Assembly (NCBI GenBank): GCA_965240325.2
Contig: OZ251226.1
Span: 2,728,001-2,792,000, forward strand
From: Rebecca billardiae RCC1528
Taxonomy: Eukaryota; Protista; Haptophyta
Direction of reading: 5' to 3'
Length of the DNA stretch: 64,000 bases
Each line of letters begins with the position of its first letter. Position 1 is the stretch's first letter. Shown one piece after another: positions 35,598 to 46,549 of the stretch. Below the pieces are notes generated by a model, which saw only the letters and a list, made by a program, of their open reading frames with translations, searched no databases and had not been told where the DNA came from. A program made the position numbers and the translations under genes.

Positions 35598-36609
35598 CCG
35601 CGATTATCTAGTGCGAACACGGTCCGGGAGCTGATAATACGACGTAACTACGGACGAGCTCACATTGCAGCACGCGGGGCCACGGCCGTTGAGACGGGGC
35701 GGGGTCGGGCGGGACCGGGGACGTCGAAGCGGATGTCGCGCGGCGATCCCCGCACTCTGCTATCGATGAGTTCTATTGTCGGCGGCGCGCGCCGTGCTCG
35801 CGGGGTGGCTGCTCAGAGCGGGTTGATTGTGAGTCTGATCGCCGCCGAGCGCAGGGACGAGCCGAGCGCAGCGCGAGGCGGCGATAACAATCGGGCGATC
35901 ACCCGATGCGCCTATCCGCGCGCCATTTCACATTTGCCACGGCGCGACCACTTCCGCGCTTCGGCGTGCATATGCCATGAGTGATATGCGACCCCACTTG
36001 TCAGGGATGTCGGGCCCCATCATGGCTCAAGGCGCAGCGGTGATGTTCAGTACTCTCAGGTCCCTCGCACAGAAGCGACAAACGGGACCGTTGAAAACCT
36101 CAGGGGCGCACGCGTGCCCATTGTCATGCTCATCGGGCAGGCCTTCTCTAGAGCCGCATGTCCCAGCAGCTATGAGCTAAGCAGCCGTAAATCGTAATCC
36201 CGTATCTGCGCGCAGCAAAGGTGGCGAGGGCGGCGACAAGGCGGCGCAAATGCTGCCACCGGGTCTTCTCGCCACCATGCGGCGCCCGCGCACGGCCGTC
36301 AAGCTCGTATGCGGCCCTGGGCGCGCGGCGCAGGCGGGCCTTCGCGCCGCCCGGTGAGCGCCATCCCAGCGTTGGGTCTGGCGTCCGGCATCGCCGTCCG
36401 CGCACGCGCGACGCGTATTCGCTGCACCGGACGGCCACCCTGCCTTAGGCAGGGTGGCCATCCAGCTGCTGATCTGCGCTCCAATGTGGACCGTTTTGCT
36501 CACAAGCTCCAGAAGGCACCCCGCACCCGGCTCATGGCGCTAGGATGGCGAACAAGTGGCGCGTGGTCACGGTGGTGGCCGACGTGCGCCCGAGAGAAAC
36601 GTGACTTGG
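35598..36609. repeat. Diverged copy of the dispersed repeat at 50527-51770
   Basis: 35598-36014 aligns by eye with 50527-50989. 36507-36609 is approximately the reverse complement of 51683-51770. Confidence 0.75.
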
Positions 36610-38189
36610 CTGAGTAGTTGGCAGGGAGTGCCAGTGCCAATGCTTGTCAGTCATCAAATTCAATGCTCTCCGCTCTCAGTGGCTGACTAATAATCCGACG
36701 ACAGTAGACTGCTGCTGTGGAGACGACGGTGGCTCCGGCGAATCCGCAGGTTGACCCCCCCTATTAGCTCCGTTACTAGTAGTACGTCCGGTGGCCCTGA
36801 GCCGAAGTCAACCAAGCGGACCACAAAGACTGGCCGCGGATGGAACTCAGGATGGAGGCCGTTTTGAACGCGCTCGCGCGCGGCGAGGTGAAGCGTGCAG
36901 GGGCGTTCGGCGCTGTGGGCCCCTCGAGGGAGTCAAGATGGACCGCGCCCAAGCGGATGTCGCCCCCTGGAGCGGCCTCTCCGCGCCATGCGAGGCCGCG
37001 GCGCGCGGGCGGTACACGACCTCCTGTCTGACGGCCGAAGGTACGAGTGGTCGGCTCCCACCGGCGCCTGCCAGCGGGCGAAGTCGGCGGCAGAGCGGCC
37101 GGGGTGGTTTGAGGTTGGGTGAGGGTGGTGGTTGGTTGGGGGCTGGCCAGGGTAGGGCTGGAGGCTTCGGCCGCCAGTCTGATCACCCGGAGCCCGTTAT
37201 AAAGGGGAATTTATTATTAGCCCCGCCATTGCCGCAAACGTGGCAATATGTTAATTAATGGCGGGCCGTAGCCGTAGGTCCGCCCCTTGTACTGTTTTGT
37301 GGCGGTGTCTTTGTGCAGTGTCACTGGATGGCGTTAATCACGCCTTAACCAAGTGTGCACGTTAAATCATAGTAAACTGTAGTGCCCGGGGAAAAGATAA
37401 GAAAAAGAAACAGAAAAAAGAAAATCGCCTCGCAAAGAAAAGAAAATCGCCTCGCTCACTACCGGGCGCCCTCGCAGCTCCCACTGGGGATGCTCGGCCG
37501 AAAAAGGGTCGCCCATGGCGCGGAGCGCGTGGGCCGCGCGCGCCAAATCCAACGCCGGCGTGGACATCGCGCGAGGATTCCCTAGACCGGTTTTCGCCCG
37601 ATTCGCGATTGCTGCCCTCGTCGTCTCGCGTGCAGGTCGAACGGGGGCCAAATCGACCCGTTTGGAGCGGTACGCTCGGCGCGTCGACACGATCGCGCGA
37701 CCTGGGGCGGTCCTCGCCTGACTTGCACGTCGAGCGCTCGCACCGGCCATAGTGTCAAGCGCTGCGCACGACAACCGCCTCGCGCGATCCACCGCCGCAC
37801 GTCGGGCTCGGTGCGGAAACGTCCTCATCACGATGTGTCTCGCGGGCGGGAAGCGCCATCGCACGCGACGCAAGGTTTGGCGCGGCCTGCTGAACTCGAT
37901 CGCCGGAATCCGCGCACCGGACTCAGTCGTCGCTCGCGGTCCCTCTGCTCCCTCAGCCGAAGCCCCGGCGTCCGGCCTGCATGGCGTCGACGGTGACCAA
38001 TGCGACGGAAGCGCAGCGCCAACGGCGTACGACGCGCAGCGGACGCACCTCCGGGGTCTGTCGCCGTGGCAGCAACCGTATCTTCGCGAGTTGGCGACCC
38101 TCGCCGCAGCGCGACACAGACAAGCCCGTGATGCCATCCGCAGAGAGATGAATCGTTGAGCATGCAACATCGCCGCGCCATCCTCGTCC

Positions 38190-38750
38190 ATGGCGCAGGC
38201 GCTGCGGGACGGGGCGGACGTCGTCACGCCGGTGACGGATGCGCTGCGATTTGTGTGCCTGCGTGAGCAGCTCGTGCCCAATCTCGATCGCGAGTGGCAC
38301 ACGCTGTCGCTGTGCGCGCGCGCGCGCACAACCAACAGCTCCTGGTGCCGCCAAACACGCGGGCGCCAGACCTGTCGAAAAGGCGAAGAGCGACGACCGC
38401 GTGAACGTCAACGCGCTCGTGTTCAGCGTGGCGGCCGTGTACGACGTCAACGCGACCTGCGCCGAGCCCATCATGCCCGGAGCGGACATCGGCAAGCATC
38501 CTCGCAACGACCGCTCTCGGCTGGAGGACATGCACACGATCTACTCTGGCGGCTTCGTCGGCGGCGAGGCGCTCGATTACGCCATCGCGGTCGAGATGCG
38601 GCACATACAGCGCGTATCCGCGCTCGCACGGAGCAACGGGCTACCCGCCCCGCCCCGCGTGCTGCACATTCCCTCGCGGGTGCGGGCCTTGCTGATGCGC
38701 ACAGACGTGTGGATGTGGCCGGAGAACTTCAGGTGTCACTGGTCCTCGGA
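38190..38750 (+). pseudogene. Disrupted coding remnant, possibly an Ulp1/C48-protease-like fragment within a decayed transposon
   Basis: RLEDMHTIYSGGFVGGEALDYAIAVEM...RVLHIPSRVRALL resembles the start of a C48 domain; frameshifts and stops upstream; no catalytic triad seen. Confidence 0.3.
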
Positions 38751-39237
38751 CTGTCCGTCACCCACGGCCACGAGCGAATGTGGAAAGACGCGAACCCGCA
38801 GTAGAGAGGAAACATTGCGACAGCACTGGCACGGCCCGCCGACCCCCCCGCCCGCCAGGGCACAGTTTTTCCGTGTGGTTTTGCGGGCAACCGAAGCCGG
38901 AGCCCGGGGCGACGACCGACGCCGACGGCGACGCCGACGGCGACGGGCCCTCTGGCCCTCTGACTTCCGCTCAAGTAGACGGCGATCGGACGTCGCTGGG
39001 CCACGCCCACCGACGCTGACGGCGAGACGGTCAATCGGCGGCCATACCCGGCCGGCACTCAATGATATATCCGATGATCTAGTCTATAGCTATGAATAAC
39101 ACTTGACGACTCGATTTCTTAGACGGCCGCGGGCGCGGAGGTATACTAGGTAGCAGAGTGAAACTGATACTAGAGATAGCTAGCTACTAATTAATATAAC
39201 TAATTAATCAGATGAGTGGTCGTTGGCCGCAAATATA

Positions 39238-39379
<142 letters not shown>

Positions 39380-39532
39380 ATTCTATAAGCTACATGCACA
39401 TATCTATCACTATATACGAAAATAATCATCATTATTTTATTGCGCGCCGCGCGTGGCGCGTTTGCGTCGGAAAGTGGCGCCGCCGGCCGGCTCTCGGCCG
39501 CTAGCTGCGGTCTGCCGCCGCCGACGAATTAA

Positions 39533-40192
39533 TGTCGAAGGGAATGAAGAGCCCGAAACGACTGAGCTAAATCGGTTCGCGCCAACCGATTTAGCTCAGT
39601 CGTTTCGGGCTCTTCATTCCCTTCGACATAACCGTAAGTCTCATGTGGGACACCCCGCGAGGGGCTGTAGTCCCGTCCAGTGTTCTGACGGATTTGTTGT
39701 CGAGGTTTTTCTCTCCCCGCCTGGTCTTTCCCAGGTGTTCCACCCTGCGTGCTCGTCTGCTCTGTGGCTTCGTAGAGACTCCGTCTTTTGTGGGCGGTGA
39801 GCCCTTCTTTGCTGCTGTGGCTTTGTGAGGCTCTTTTTGTGTCTTTGTTGTTCACCCGGGCGACTGTACCCGGAGGTTGCGCGTCGCGGACCGTGCTCGT
39901 TTTTTCTGTCGTCGTCTTTCTTTGTCGGTCATCTTCTTCGTGCTCCCCTCTTTCGTTCGTCTTTTTGCCGACTCCTCGCTTTTCATTCCCCCCCGGAGCC
40001 GCGAGGCTCTCGCGAGGTCGAAAGCGCTTCGCGTGAAAGGCCAAGAGTTGCCCGCGTCGGTCGGTCGCTGGATTCGAACAGGTGACTTTACGGTTGTGTC
40101 GAAGGGAATGAAGAGCCCGAAACGACTGAGCTAAATCGGTTGGCGCGAACCGATTTAGCTCAGTCGTTTCGGGCTCTTCATTCCCTTCGACA
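39533..40192. mobile_element. 660-bp non-coding element with 96-nt perfect hairpin termini, TGT...ACA ends and ATTAA target duplication
   Basis: Hairpins at 39533-39628 and 40097-40192 (45-bp stem, 6-nt loop); ATTAA at 39528-39532 and 40193-40197. Confidence 0.85.
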
Positions 40193-40920
40193 ATTAAAAT
40201 ATGTCGTCGTCGAATTTCCGCTCACGCGACACGCTGCCGGGCGCGCTGGTTGGTTGGTTAATGGTTGGCAACTGGCTGTCTGGTAGTGGCCGCCGCGCGG
40301 TCAGACGGGCCGGACGACCGCCGGACCACTGTCTGTCGTAGATCTGTCACTTGTCAGACAATGACGATGTGACTACTGACTCGCGGGCACAGCTGTTACG
40401 CGGATCGTAACTCTAATTTTTTTACTATATAGTCGTAGTAGTCTAGTAGCCCTAGTTAGTAAGCGCCCCTGGCCCCGCCACTCGGGCTCGACGGCCACGG
40501 GGCAGCGGGCCGCCCTCGGAACGCGCCCGCCGCCCGGCCGGCCGTCTCTCAGGAATTCGCCCGTGGCAGCAGCACCTCGCGGGAGTCGCGGCCCTCTGCC
40601 TCCGGCCGGCTCGGCCTACTGCATAGGGCGCATAGGCATAGCGGCAGTAGGCGGCCTGGTGACTGCACCGGCCGCGGGCTCGGTCCGAACTGGGCTCCGG
40701 ATCTTTCCCGAATCCGATTCTTTCCGGACCGATGGCGGCTGTGGCGGCAGACATTTCGCGGGGGGGGGTTGCCAGCACGACCAACGTGTGGCTCGGACAT
40801 GACCGGCCGAGGACCGTGGACAGGCAGTGAGGTCGCCTGGGCACGGGAGTGGCAGTCGGCAGCAAAGCCTGCAACCAGCACCGGTCTGAGGATCTTTCTG
40901 TTCAAAACCACAGGCTTTGG

Positions 40921-41250
40921 TCACGCTTCCTGCAAGTCATCCAAGCCGAGCTCGAGCCACTTGTCCTCTTGCTTCGTCTGCGGCTGTCCGATGGCGCGCG
41001 CATCCTCCGCCTCGCCCACGGGCATGTCGATCTCCGGCGGGATGTCTATGCCTGCGCGCCCGCGCGGCAGCGCGCGGCAACAAAACCACAGGGCATCAGA
41101 GAGAGCCGCCACGAGGGGAAGGGCGCGAGAAGGTGACGCTTGCGCGCGCGTACTGTCGTCGGCCAGGGTCTCGCGCCGCCATTCGTCGTCGACGACATCG
41201 AGCACGGCGTTGCGGTGCAGGTACGCGACAAATCGCGAGTCGGCCGCCAT
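40921..41250 (-). CDS. APC13: Anaphase-promoting complex subunit 13; intron 41052-41153
   Basis: Spliced product MAADSRFVAYLHRNAVLDVVDDEWRRETLADDSIDIPPEID...QEDKWLELGLDDL fits the Apc13 pattern LDxxDDxWR...KWxxLxL. Confidence 0.8.
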   Translation of the reverse strand: MAADSRFVAYLHRNAVLDVVDDEWRRETLADDSTRAQASPSRALPLVAALSDALWFCCRALPRGRAGIDIPPEIDMPVGEAEDARAIGQPQTKQEDKWLELGLDDLQEA

Positions 41251-41418
41251 CCTTGCTGTCACGAGCGCAAGCGAACTGACGGAGCCGACGCTCACCCGCT
41301 TGCGCATCCGGACTCTTGCATAGAAAGTCCGGGCTGCCCAGCACACTCAATCGCGAATTCAAAGTGGTCCTCACGAGCGGGGTCTCGACGCCCGCCTTGG
41401 CGCTGACGTGGGCCGGGC

Positions 41419-44400
41419 ATGTCGACGCTCCAGGCCATCCTGGCGCACGTGCACGAGCGACATGCGGAGCATTTGAAGGAGTGCGATACTGCATTCGACG
41501 AGACGATGCACTGGCTCCAGGAAACTCTCGCGACCAACCTGAAGAGCGTCGCGTCGCAATCGTGCGCGCGGCTCGCGCCATTGCCGCGCGTGCGTCCTGA
41601 TCGCGGCGACCACACTCGCTGCGGCCGCGAATGCCCCCCCGCGCTGTGCTGATTGAGTGTTTGTCCCATCCCCTGCCACGCCCCTCGCATGACGCTCCCG
41701 CTTGCCCTGCTCAGCAATGCGATTGGCCTGACACACCCAAAGCTGGAGCGCAAGGCTGCTCGGCCGGTGCGCACGCGGCGTGGGTTGCAGACCGTGCAGG
41801 TGTGCGCCGGCCGCGCGTGGTCGATGGGTCCTCCGCGCGCGCTCGAGTGCTCACGCGAGTCGCCGTTCGCGCCGTTCGCACGTGCGCGCAGGAGGATGAG
41901 GACGCCGACGAGGCGCGCGACAAGGAGAACAGGCGTGAGCCTGCCGCGCAGCAGCCGAGCGCACCGGTGCTGCCTGTCAAGCGCAAGTCATCGGGCAACG
42001 ACGAGGACGAGAGCGGCGCGCGAGATGAGGGGCCGGCAATCAGCGAGCCAGAGCCTCGGCGCACGCGGCGCGCGCAGGAGCCCGCGCGCGAGCCGATGGA
42101 CACGGAAGATGGCCCGGCGGGCGGCGCGGTGCCCGCAGGCCGCGCGACTCGCGACGCTGCACCTGTCGCCGATGCGCCCGAGCCCGCGGAGGTGGCGCCC
42201 ACGGAGTCAAGCCCAGCGGCGGCCGACACGCTGGATCCGAGCAAGCTCAACGTGAAGCAGCTCAAGGAGGAGCTGAAGGAGCGCGGACTGCCCACCAAGG
42301 GCCTCAAGGCGGAGCTGGTCGCACGGCTGCAGGAGGCCCTGAGCGCCGACGGCGGCGCGAGCGACGCGCCTGGCGCACCCGACGCGTCCGTGGGCGCGCA
42401 CGCGGCGAGCGGCGGCGAGGCGGGCGGTGGCGAGGGCAGTGGCGGAGATGCGAGCGCACGCGCCGGCGCGGACGAGCAGTCCGCGCGGCCGAGCAGCGGG
42501 CCCGTCCGCATGAGCGAGATCGACTGGGCGCGCATCGCCGAGGACGGCCTCAAGAGCTCAGAGCCATCGCCTGCGCTCACCGCGGCCGGGGGGCCACCCG
42601 CAGCGCCTGGCCAGAAGCACGCGCCGACGGCCGCCGTGGCGGCGGCTGCGCCGGCTGCGGCGGGCGCCTTGTCAAGCGAGCCGACCCGCGCGTCGGACGC
42701 GCCCCCGATGCCCGAGCGGGCCGTGCAGCAGGCGCGCCGCCGCCGCAGTGATCTCACCAACCTGCCGGCCGCGCCAGCGCCCGCGCCCGCGCCCGCCCCG
42801 ACGGCTGCGGGCGCGCCGAGCGCGCCCGCCGCTGTGCCCGCTTCGAGCGCTCCAGCTACCGAGCGGGCGGTGGCGGCGGAGGGCGCGGACGCGAGCGATG
42901 TGGATGCGGCGACAACGGGCACCATGCGCAGCCGCGTCGGCGCGCCGACGCCGCCCGGCTCGTCGCCCGTCGCGCCCAGCCCGCTCGACCCTCTGAGCAC
43001 GCTGCGCGCTCTGCACGCGTCGCGCGCGGCCGTGGACGCCGCTGCCGACTCGGGCACGGCCGTCGCGGCGCCGCCGTGGCTGGATGCGGGCGGGCCGTCG
43101 AGCGAGGCGGTCGACGGGCTGAGGCGCAAGCTGGACAGCCTGAAGGCGAACCAATCCGCACAGTCGGGCAAGGCCACGCCCCTGGCCGTGCTCGCGGCCG
43201 CATCCAACGCGCCAGGCGCGGCCGCCGCTGGCGCGCTGAGCGCCGTCGCGCCCGGCTCAGGTCCGGCCTCGCCTGCGGAGCCGCTGGCAGCGCGGCTGAC
43301 GGCGGTGACGGCGGCGTCGCCGGGCTGGGCGCCCCATTCGCCCAGCCTGTCCACCGCCCCTCCGACCGCGCGGCCCACGCCAGAGCTCGCCAACTCTGCG
43401 GCAGCGGGCGCGAGCGCGAGCGCCAAGCGCGCGGCGCACTCGGCCGCCGAGGCCGCGCCCGCCGTGGCGCCGGCTGAGGCCGAGCCGCTGCCGGATGCGC
43501 CCGCGCAGCCTGCGCCAGCCGTGGAGGCGTCGGAGGCGCCCGCGGCCATGGAGGTGGACGAGCCCGCGCCCTCCACCGCGGCGGCAGCCCCCGAGCCGAC
43601 CGTCCGCCCGGACGACGTGGCTGTGCAGCTCGAGCAGCAGGATGCGCCGCCCGCCGCTGCCGCGGTCGCGCAGCCCGATGGCCAGCGCGCGGCCGCGCCG
43701 GCCGAGGCTGCCCCCACGGCCCCCCAGCCGCAGCCGCGGCCGCAGCCGCAGCCGCAGCCGCAGCAGCCGCCTGCGAAGCGCGGGCCCATCTCAACGCTCG
43801 CGCGCACGATCGGCGGCGTGCTGCTGTCCTCGTCGCACCGCGCGCCCGACGCCGCCCCTGCCGTCGGCGGGAAGGGCGGCGGCGCGCACGGCGCGGCCGC
43901 GGCGCACGGCGGCGCCGGCGGCAGCAGCAGCGCGCAGCAGACGGCGGCGGCCGCCGACGCGCGGCGAGCGCGGGAGGAGGAGGAGCGGCGCAAGAAGGAC
44001 GAGAAGAGGCGGCGCGTCGAGGAGGTGGCGGCGCGCAAGCGCGAGGAGGATGCCGCGCGCGCGAGGGCGCTCGAGGAGAAGGAGCGGCAGCGGCGCGAGC
44101 GCGAGCTGGCCGAGCACAAGCGGCGCGCTGAGGAGGTGCGGGGCGCGGCGCCGCCGGGCGCGGCGTGGCTGCTCGCCGCGCGCCCGGCTGCGAGCACGCG
44201 CGCGCACGCTTGCTCACGCGTCGCACGCCCCGCGCGCGCCGCGCGCGCCGCGCGCCCGCAGGAGGAGGCGCGCAAGCGGAGAGCGCAGGAGGCGGCAGAG
44301 GAGCGGACGCGCCGCGTGCGCGATGAGGCCGCCGCGCGCCAGCGCGCGCTGCAGCACAAGGAGGCGGAGCGCGCGCAGCGGGAGGAGCTCTTCCGGCGCA

Positions 44401-45117
44401 AGAAGGAGTTTGAGGAGGCCGAGCGCAAGAAGAAGGCGGCCGCCGCTGCCGCTGCTGCCGCGTCCGCGGCCGAGCGCGCGCGGGCCGCCGACGCGCCCGC
44501 TGCTCCGACCGCGCTGCCGCCGCCGCCGCCGCCCGCCGCCGCCGCCGCCGCCGCGAGCAAGCCCACCGCCCTGCCGCCGCCGCCCCCCGCCGCAGCCTCG
44601 GCGGCGGCGGCACTGCCTGCCGCTGGTGCGCTCGGCGCCAAGCCCCGCGCCTCCTCGGGCGCCTCCTCCACCAACTACCCGATCTCGGACCCCAAGTCCT
44701 CGGACGAGGAGGACGAGTCTTCAGACGAGGACGAGGCCGCCAACGACCCGCGCAAGAAGATCCCGTCGTGGGCAGCGCCGGACAAGCTCAAGGCGGCGCT
44801 CGAGAAGCAGCTGACCGGTGCGCGCGAGGCGTGCGCCGCGCGCTGTCTCGCGCCGCCCCTCGTTCACACTCGGCTGCGTGCCCCCCCCCCCCCCCCCGCC
44901 GCCGCCGCCGCCGCCCCACGGCTCAGCTGATCCGGACGACGTCTTCTCAAACGTCGAGACGTGCGACCTCGCGGACATCTTCGCCGCGGGCAAAGCAGCC
45001 GCCAAGGACAAGTACTCCAGGCGCGGCTCGTCGGGCAACTGGAAAGCGGACCAGCTGACGTGGAAGGAGGTCCACGAGTACAACCAGGCTATGGGGTACT
45101 ACCAGCAGAACAAGTAG
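41419..45117 (+). CDS. INCENP: INCENP-like chromosomal passenger protein with SAP domain, charged single alpha-helix and C-terminal IN-box; about 4 introns
   Basis: N-terminal helix ...MHWLQE; SAP LNVKQLKEELKERGLPTKGLKAELVARL; E/R/K-rich helix; IN-box NYPISD...KKIPSWA...DPDDVF...CDLADIF...RRGSSGNW. Confidence 0.85.
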
Positions 45118-45416
45118 GCGCTGTGCGGCCCGGTCCCAGTACCGTTGCCTGACAATGCAGCCGACGGCACTGCCACTGCCACTGGGCCTGGCATGGCACT
45201 GGCGGCAGTCGCGGACTCGGACGGCTCTGCCCGTCTGGCTAGCTCTGCGTCTTAGCGTCGTAGTCGTACTACTCGTAACACAGTGCGTGACACTCACACT
45301 GCGTAGCCTCAGTCTGCGTCTGCAGGCAGTTCGGACTGACGGTGCCCTCCGATCTGCGCAGGCCTGACTGACGCACTGCGGGGACTCGGGCTCGGCTGAT
45401 ATAGCATAATAAGTAA

Positions 45417-45417
<1 letters not shown>

Positions 45418-45455
<38 letters not shown>
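45418..45455. repeat. (TA)n microsatellite
   Basis: Direct reading. Confidence 0.95.
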
Positions 45456-45456
<1 letters not shown>

Positions 45457-45589
45457 CGACTACTATTTATAAAAGTTTAATTACGAGTATTAGTAGTAGC
45501 ACTAGTATCCGCGGCACTGAGTCACCGGGCCGGCTGCGCGGCGCGCGACTGCCGGCATGGGCCAGCCAGCCACTACTACGCGTCTAGGT

Positions 45590-46342
45590 CTAGGACGAGC
45601 CATGCTGTGAAATGTACGTTGGCTGGCAACGTTCCGGCTGCTGCCAGCGCGTTGGGATCACCGGCGCGATCGCCGAAGCCCAGTCGCGGGTGTGCCGCAC
45701 GTTGATCAGGATGCTCATGACTGCATTCATTGGCAAAGGTGGCAATGAGTGTGCACGGATGTGCTCCCGGAGCGGTAGCCGAGCATGGCGCACACCCCAG
45801 CGCTCAGCACGCTCGAGTGTCACGCCTTTGATCACCGAGCGGTCAACCAGGCCACCGATCACGAACACGGCAGGCTCGTCGAGCATGGGCGAGCTGAGGG
45901 TGTGCGGCGAGTCCGGCGAAAGATATATGATCTCCTCAGGGCTGAAGTGTGCACATGCTTCGCCTGGCACATTCTCGACACCGAGCCACTTCTCATAGCC
46001 GTCGGGCGCGTGCTCATGAGCAGTGCTTCCTGTGTAGCCGCAGATGTACAGTCCGAATGGGCACTCCGCTGCACGATTCGCGGCGTACAGCCGGCTGAGC
46101 TGCCTGGCAAAGCTCTTGTGCTCCGCCGTGCTCATCATGGTGGCGTACGACGCGTCGACGGCCACGCGCGGGCCAGGACTAATCAATGCCGCAATCAAAC
46201 GCTTGTTTGCGCATGCGCGAACTGGCCCCTTGGCACCAGCGGCCAGGCCGCGCACGAGCATGACCGTGTGCAACACTATCTTCAGGCCTCGCACGGCGAG
46301 AGCGGCCATCCTGAAGACCTCTGTCTCCGAGCAGTCCTGCAT
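45590..46342 (-). CDS. TRM10: tRNA m1R9 methyltransferase, TRM10 family (start codon uncertain)
   Basis: RQLSRLYAANR, IIYLSPDS, VFVIGGLVDR and ARLPL motifs. Confidence 0.88.
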   Translation of the reverse strand: MQDCSETEVFRMAALAVRGLKIVLHTVMLVRGLAAGAKGPVRACANKRLIAALISPGPRVAVDASYATMMSTAEHKSFARQLSRLYAANRAAECPFGLYICGYTGSTAHEHAPDGYEKWLGVENVPGEACAHFSPEEIIYLSPDSPHTLSSPMLDEPAVFVIGGLVDRSVIKGVTLERAERWGVRHARLPLREHIRAHSLPPLPMNAVMSILINVRHTRDWASAIAPVIPTRWQQPERCQPTYISQHGSS

Positions 46343-46549
46343 GACGAGCAAACTCACTCACTCTTATTTGCGCCAGCACGAAGTTTCCGGCTTTCCGCGT
46401 GGCAAATCCGCGCCGCCGGCCATCGCTCGGTCGAGCTGTGCACGACGGCAACCTGACGCTCGTGTTGTGCTCGCTCTAGCCGCTCCAGTGTTGCGCCCGC
46501 TACTTCCCACGCGGATCTCCTCCGCAAGGGGCTGCTCGCTGACGTGACC

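Noticed and set aside
39544-39605. Hammerhead-like core (aTGAAGAG-CCC-GAAAC...GTT) in the terminal hairpin
   Set aside because: The conserved C3 is absent, helix II cannot form, and the perfect palindrome sequesters the core. Not called without a cleavage assay.
40057-40141. Intact tRNA gene
   Set aside because: Acceptor and anticodon stems do not pair; only promoter-box-like motifs remain.
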